A stretch of DNA of 64,000 bases. It comes from Hormiphora californensis (taxonomy: Eukaryota > Animalia > Ctenophora). Positions 1-64,000 of the stretch are shown here, one piece after another; the stretch's first letter is position 1, and each line of letters starts with the position of its first letter. A model generated the notes under the pieces. That model did no database searches and was not told the origin of the DNA. It worked only from the letters and a program-made list of their open reading frames with translations. Made by a program: the position numbers and the translations under genes. The stretch is from NCBI GenBank assembly GCA_020137815.1, contig CM035353.1, positions 6,758,001 through 6,822,000 of the forward strand. Direction: 5' to 3'.

Positions 1-477
1 CGATTGATTTACCATGACAACGGAGTTGGTTACCATACTAACCAGAGAATTCGTTGTAAAATAGTCCTTTCTTGCTATAAACTCGGCCTTTAGATAGAAA
101 ATTGATTTTATTCTACTCGCACTAATGCAAGGGCATTTCACAGTTTGGTGCCGTTATTTTTGTCTCTATTTTTAATAGGATTTTGGGATTAGACTGAAAG
201 TATGGGATCATTTGAGAAGTAGTGAAGATTTGAAAATGTTAGCAACTTGCCGGTTCGACAAACTAAACCCATATGATTCCAACTTCGGGTCGGACGAGGG
301 GAAGCTTGCCTTTTGCGAACATTATATGAGATTTGATTGAGAGTGGTTGCCATGGGGGACCCTACGTCAGAAGATACATGTGTAATGTTTTTCATATAAT
401 TTGATTTTTAATTTTCTGAGAAGACAAAACACGCGGGTATCACTTTTGTGTTTCCTGAAATATCTCCAATCTCCTAC

Positions 478-57803
<57,326 letters not shown>

Positions 57804-58630
57804 CAATTCATAATTCTGCATAAAATTGTGAACGTTTAAAATTTACGTCGAGCAAATCAAGACCATGAAGTTAGTGGAGTACTGGACTGCACAAACCAAG
57901 CGAAGTGCTGGTGTGCCTCGGCCCTCGGTATGTGAGTTTGGAGAATCTTACTGCAGAGTTCTGGACAAAGCAGATAAATGAACTTTTGAAAATCAGCTCA
58001 AACTCCTTTAAGCTTTGACAACAAGAGAAAAAATGAGAGAAAACCTGCATCGGGGCCGGAGGCACTGCATGGCTTTACAGTTTCTCAGCGGTGACTGGTG
58101 CGCCGTCATATTGGCATTTGGCTGCCCACATACAGCGTAAACCAAAGCGTTGTCCACGACGTACGCAGTAGTCCCCTGACATATTGGCGCGTCTTGGACT
58201 TCGTGGACAACGCTTTGTGTGGCGCTGTGCGGTCGACGGAGGACCACCGTCAGCCGTGCTCGCCCTTCTGTGGACGGGGCCAGGGGTTAAAGCCCCAATC
58301 AAGGGAAGTTGGGTTAAAACCCCTCACTGAGGCCCTTACAGGGGTGTCCAGGGGCTACCCATTCAATACGCGGAAGGCTGAACATTTTTGGGTTTTCCGT
58401 TTTCCCTCTTTCGGAATTTGGTTCGATTTTTTAACAAAACCCGATTTGTTTGTTGAACTTTGTATTGTTTGCGTTTCAAAATTAATATTGTTTATGCGCG
58501 CTATGCGCGCGGCTCAAATTTGCGTCATAGTTTCAAATTTTGAGCGCAAGTCGGTATCGCGCATCCTTCATTTGTTGGTTGGTTGGTCCTTCATTTGTGC
58601 ATCGCGTACCAGGCCATAATAGTTATTTTC

Positions 58631-59298
<668 letters not shown>

Positions 59299-59495
59299 AG
59301 ATTGAAGAATACAACTGTTTTTGGTTTGATCTGGTAAACTCAAATAAGAATGAACAAAATCAAATAGTCATGGAGTTGCTGTTACATCAATCATCAACCA
59401 GCGATTAGGTCTTCTTCAATTGAGACACGTCATGTCTACGAGTTGCCATGGCTACCATGGTTACCACGGCCGCAGTGATGGAGTTGCAGAGATAT

Positions 59496-59897
59496 CTACA
59501 TATCGTTGCAGAGGAACTGCTTGGCCATGTTGATGATCATGTTGATGATGTCCATCTGCCTCTCCTCAACCTATAGGAGGGGGAATAAGGGATTAACAAG
59601 TGTCACAGTTCTGTAAACCGGGCGTGACCAGGATATAAACACAGTGCCAAAATATCGGATCAAATGATTTTGGGAAAGTGCAGGCCGCGTTGTGACAACG
59701 GCACTTAACTCAGGGAATATTCAATGAAATCACCCTCTATTACATACCTCGACCTCAGAGTTGCACAGGAATCCCTTCAGCATGTTGATGATCATGTTAA
59801 TGATGTCCATCTGCCTCTCCTCCACGTGCAGGGGAGGGGGAGGGAGGGAGAAAGAGAGGGCCATACAGGCGGCAAAGATAACAGCAAAGTACTTCAT
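59496..59897 (-). CDS. Two-exon 74-aa secreted prepropeptide with two amphipathic single-Cys peptide repeats (exons 59897-59748 and 59570-59496)
   Basis: MKYFAVIFAACMALSFS-LPPPPLHVEER-QMDIINMIINMLKGFLCN-SEVE|VEER-QMDIINMIINMAKQFLCNDM*. Phase-0 intron GTATGT...CCTATAG. Synonymous differences between the repeats. Confidence 0.85.
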
Positions 59898-59953
59898 TAT
59901 TAGTTGGTAGATGGATGTCCAGTGGAATAGTTAAAATATCTACCATAGTGACC

Positions 59954-59961
59954 CTTTTATA
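59954..59961 (-). promoter_or_regulatory. TATA box of the prepropeptide gene
   Basis: TATAAAAG about 57-64 nt upstream of the ATG at 59897. Confidence 0.6.
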
Positions 59962-60451
59962 CCAAATCAGGGGGGCGTTGACTGTTGCCAGGTGTGCGGC
60001 TGTTGCAAAGTTAGACAATAGATATAGGGAGACCTTGGTTGGTTTATGTTATTTTTAACACATTCATCGTTTTTTCACACCCTATTTTATGAAGGTGTAA
60101 ATCTGTGATAGACAAATCGGAAATACTATGAATTATATTTAAAATTGGGCCAAGGGGTATAAAGACACAGTAATTTATGGGTAAAGCTCAAGAGTTAATT
60201 TATTATAAAATATTCATCAAATTATGTATAAACGAAAAAGCGTTGTCCGTAAAAGTAAAAAAGTCCTATTTATTTGTCCATATTTTACCAATTGTTCATT
60301 GTTCATCTAGATGCATCTTTCATTGAGTCAATGAGTCATCGACATAATTGTGTTCTGCAATCGGCAGTATTATTATAGTGCTGCAGTTTATACAATATAA
60401 CGCTAAGATTTAATGTAAGAAAGGATGATCCCACGCGGCTTGAAACCACTA

Positions 60452-61938
60452 CACGGTGTCCCTTAAGGAGGTGAAACCTCGACTAGATAAAGTTTTTTGG
60501 AGACCGGACCTAGGTTACGTATTTTTGACCGAGGAATCCGAAAAACATAAAATTAAAATCGAAAACGTAGCGGTTTTTGCGTAAAACGGCAAAAACTGTC
60601 ATTTTTCAGCGATTTTCGACTTTTTACGCTTTCTAGAGATTTTAAAAATATTTCCTTACAAGATATGATCTTGTGCTTCTAGACTAATAAAATACAATCG
60701 ATTTGCTACAAATTGGTCCCGGGTTTGTGTGATTTGGTTAAAAGCTCTCTTTACTGTGGCCCATCAAAGATAGCCACTCTGCAAATACGTTTTTGGCTCC
60801 TGTGGCCGCAGATGTAAACCAAAAGAAGATTTATTATACACCAAAATTTGCGTCTTCTCAAGGCGAATAACCTGGTTTTTACGAAATTTGATTTCATGCA
60901 GGCGTTCAAAAATTACAGCCGAAAAACTGGTACAGTGGATTTCGGAAATACCCCTACTTCAACAAACCCTAATCCAGATAAGATTTCGAAAAATATACAT
61001 CTTCATACATGAAAATGAAGCTCAGACAAATGCCAATGTGATGCAAAAAACGGGAAGTGTGTAACTTATTTCGTTTAGAAGCTATAGCGAAAATAAAAGT
61101 GCTTGTATTTGCCTTGAAAACATCCTCTAAAAGCCCTAAAAAATAGCAAATCTGTCTAAAAATGCAATACGAATAAAATGTCACCTCCAGTGCACCAACT
61201 TAGCCCCCTGTGGACAGAATTTGTTTGAAATTGTCAGAAATTGTCTGAAAGTATGGTTTTTAGAGGGTGTTTTCAAGGCAAATACAAGCACTTTTATTTT
61301 CGCTATAGCTTCTAAACGAAATAAGTTACACACTTCCCGTTTTTTGCATCACATTGGCATTTGTCTGAGCTTCATTTTCATGTATGAAGATGTATATTTT
61401 TCGAAATCTTATCTGGATTAGGGTTTGTTGAAGTAGGGGTATTTCCGAAATCCACTGTACCAGTTTTTTGGCTGTAATTTTTGAACGCCTGCATGAAATC
61501 AAATTTCGTAAAAACCAGGTTATTCGCCTTGAGAAGACGCAAATTTTGGTGTATAATAAATCTTCTTTTGGTTTACATCTGCGGCCACAGGAGCCAAAAA
61601 CGTATTTGCAGAGTGGCTATCTTTGATGGGCCACAGTAAAGAGAGCTTTTAACCAAATCACACAAACCCGGGACCAATTTGTAGCAAATTGATTGTCTTT
61701 TATTAGTCTAGAAGCACAAGATCATATCTTGTAAGGAAATATTTTTAAAATCTCTAGAAAGCGTAAAAAGTCGAAAATCGCTGAAAAATGATAGTTTTTG
61801 CCGTTTTACGCAAAAACCGCTACGTTTTCGATTTTAATTTTATGTTTTTCGGATTCCTCGGTCAAAAATACGTAACCTAGGTCCGGTCTCCAAAAAACTT
61901 TATCTAGTCGAGGTTTCACCTCCTTAAGGGACACCGTG
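60452..61938. mobile_element. Fold-back non-autonomous element with Chapaev (CMC)-like ends
   Basis: CACGG...CCGTG termini; 4-bp TSD ACTA; ~680-bp near-identical arms around a ~125-bp spacer. Confidence 0.88.
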
Positions 61939-62150
61939 ACTATCTATCTTTGTTAGATTCTAGTAAACATCTTATTTATCCCTTTTCAAATGTCGATCAA
62001 AACGTGTTGTCATCATATTGGGAAGATAGAAGAAACACGAAAGCATGATAATACCAGTTATCACTGGTAGTTTATGTTTATACAAAACCTATCAATCCAT
62101 CATAAATATTAACAAATTTCAAATTCTATTTCATAACTGTCCTCAACCGC

Positions 62151-64000
62151 TCAAAGTGTTATAAATAACAGTAATAAACTTACTAAACCAGTACTAAAAT
62201 GTACACGGAACCCAGAGCCGTCCTTCTCACTGCCCTTCACTTCTTCAGGGTTGTTCACAATTATATCATCAGAAGATTCCTCTGTTGCCATGGGGATAGG
62301 CTTATCAGTGACCTCAACCATAGGCTTATCAGTGACTTCAACCATAGGCTTATCAGTGACTTCAACCATAGGCTTATCAGTGACTTCAACAATAGGCTTA
62401 TCAGTGACTTCAACCATAGGCTTATCAGTGACTTCAACCATAGGCTTATCAGTGACTTGAACTTCAGGCTTATCAGTGACTTCAACCATAGGCTTATCAG
62501 TGACTTCAACCATAGGTTTATCAGTGACTTCAACCATAGGCTTATCAGTGACTTCAACCACAGCCTTATCAGTGACTTCAACCATAGGCTTATCAGTGAC
62601 TTCTACCATAGGCTTATCAGTGACTTCAACCATAGGCTTATCAGTGACTTCAACCATAGGCTTATCAGTGACTTCAACCACAGCCTTATCAGTGACTTCA
62701 ACCATAGGCTTATCAGTGACTTCTACCATAGGCTTATCAGTGACTTCAACCATAGGCTTATCAGTGACTTCAACCATAGGCTTATCAGTGACTTCAACCA
62801 TAGGTTTATCAGTGACTTCAACCATAGGTTTATCAGTTACTTCAACCACCGCCTTATCAGAGACTTCGACCATAGGTTTATCAGTTACTTCAACCACCGC
62901 CTTATCAGTGACTTCAACCATAGGTTTATCAGTTACTTCAACCACCGCCTTATCAGTAACTTCAACCATAGGCTTATCAGTGACCTCAACCATAGGCTTA
63001 TCAGTGACCTCAACCACCGCCTTATCAGTGACTTCAACTTCAGGCTTATCAGTGGCTTCAACTTCAGGCTTATCAGTGACTTCAACCATAGGCTTATCAG
63101 TGACTTCAACCACCGCCTTATCAGTGACTTCAACCATAGGTTTATCAGTTACTTCAACCACCGCCTTATCAGTGACTTCAACCATAGGTTTATCAGTTAC
63201 ATCAACCACCGCCTTATCAGTGACTTCAACCATAGGCTTATCAGTGACCTCAACCACCGCCTTATCAGTGACTTCAACCATAGGCTTATCAGTGACTTCA
63301 ACCATAGGCTTATCAGTGACTTCAACTTCAGGCTTATCAGTGACTTCGACCATAGGCTTATCAGTGACTTCAACTACCGCCTTATCAGTGACTTCAACCA
63401 TAGGCTTATCAGTGACTTCAACCATAGGCTTTTCAGTGACTTCAACCATAGGTTTATCAGTTACTTCAACCACCGCCTTATAAGTGACTTCAACCATAGG
63501 TTTATCAGTGACTTCAACCATAGGTTTATCAGTTACTTCAACCACCGCCTTATCAGTGACTTCAACCATAGGTTTATCAGTGACTTCAACCATAGGTTTA
63601 TCAGTTACTTCAACCACCGCCTTATCAGTGACTTCAACCATAGGCTTATCAGTGACTTCAACCATAGGCTTTTCAGTGACTTCAACCATAGGTTTATCAG
63701 TTACTTCAACCACCGCCTTATAAGTGACTTCAACCATAGGTTTATCAGTGACTTCAACCATAGGTTTATCAGTTACTTCAACCACCGCCTTATCAGTAAC
63801 TTCAACCATAGGTTTATCAGTTACATCAACCACCGCCTTATCAGTGACTTCAACCATAGGCTTATCAGTGACCTCAACCACCGCCTTATCAGTGACTTCA
63901 ACCATAGGCTTATCAGTGACTTCAACCATAGGCTTATCAGTGACTTCAACTTCAGGCTTATCAGTGACTTCGACCATAGGCTTATCAGTGACTTCAACCA
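62151..64000 (-). CDS. 3' end of a probable GPI-anchored surface protein with about 71 x 8-aa (VEVTDKPM) repeats; 5' end outside the window
   Basis: Open frame across a 24-bp tandem array. Ends in small residues, a spacer and a hydrophobic tail (GSG-FRVHFSTG-LVSLLLLFITL*) with no cytoplasmic tail. Confidence 0.8.
   Translation of the reverse strand, partial: VEVTDKPMVEVTDKPEVEVTDKPMVEVTDKPMVEVTDKAVVEVTDKPMVEVTDKAVVDVTDKPMVEVTDKAVVEVTDKPMVEVTDKPMVEVTYKAVVEVTDKPMVEVTEKPMVEVTDKPMVEVTDKAVVEVTDKPMVEVTDKPMVEVTDKAVVEVTDKPMVEVTDKPMVEVTYKAVVEVTDKPMVEVTEKPMVEVTDKPMVEVTDKAVVEVTDKPMVEVTDKPEVEVTDKPMVEVTDKPMVEVTDKAVVEVTDKPMVEVTDKAVVDVTDKPMVEVTDKAVVEVTDKPMVEVTDKAVVEVTDKPMVEVTDKPEVEATDKPEVEVTDKAVVEVTDKPMVEVTDKPMVEVTDKAVVEVTDKPMVEVTDKAVVEVTDKPMVEVSDKAVVEVTDKPMVEVTDKPMVEVTDKPMVEVTDKPMVEVTDKPMVEVTDKPMVEVTDKAVVEVTDKPMVEVTDKPMVEVTDKPMVEVTDKPMVEVTDKAVVEVTDKPMVEVTDKPMVEVTDKPMVEVTDKPEVQVTDKPMVEVTDKPMVEVTDKPIVEVTDKPMVEVTDKPMVEVTDKPMVEVTDKPIPMATEESSDDIIVNNPEEVKGSEKDGSGFRVHFSTGLVSLLLLFITL

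Noticed and set aside
62476-63723. Plus-strand TSTIGLSV repeat ORFs
   Set aside because: Antisense shadow of the minus-strand repeat CDS, which has a coherent unique C-terminus

Overview
Eukaryotic (animal) genomic DNA, intron-rich and full of small non-autonomous DNA transposons. The repeat landscape and the nested-gene architecture suggest a ctenophore such as Pleurobrachia; this is an inference from recalled repeat sequences and was not checked. About 58 kb is one giant minus-strand gene. It has a signal-peptide exon at 57734-57803, roughly 85-90 exons that I traced by eye, and about 6,000 aa inside the window, and it runs off the left edge. It encodes a secreted Cys-rich protein built of GCC2/GCC3 (ephrin-receptor-like, CPxGxYC) repeats, including one 3.2-kb exon of about 22 x 48-aa repeats. 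Four plus-strand genes are nested antisense in its introns: an F-type-lectin/discoidin-like secreted protein, a carbohydrate sulfotransferase (frame problems at both ends), an SVOP-like MFS transporter and an intronless GT31 beta-1,3-glycosyltransferase. Upstream lies a two-exon 74-aa prepropeptide gene that the ORF track misses. It has a TATA box, a signal peptide and two near-identical amphipathic single-Cys peptides released after VEER, and it is the most novel-looking item. The right edge holds the 3' end of a probable GPI-anchored protein with an 8-aa repeat. Introns carry fold-back/MITE elements with Academ-, Chapaev-, piggyBac-, Sola-, Harbinger- and Tc1-type ends and target-site duplications (TSDs). 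They also show repeated tandem amplification of the splice junctions themselves, and an introner-like 64-bp core shared by introns of two different genes.
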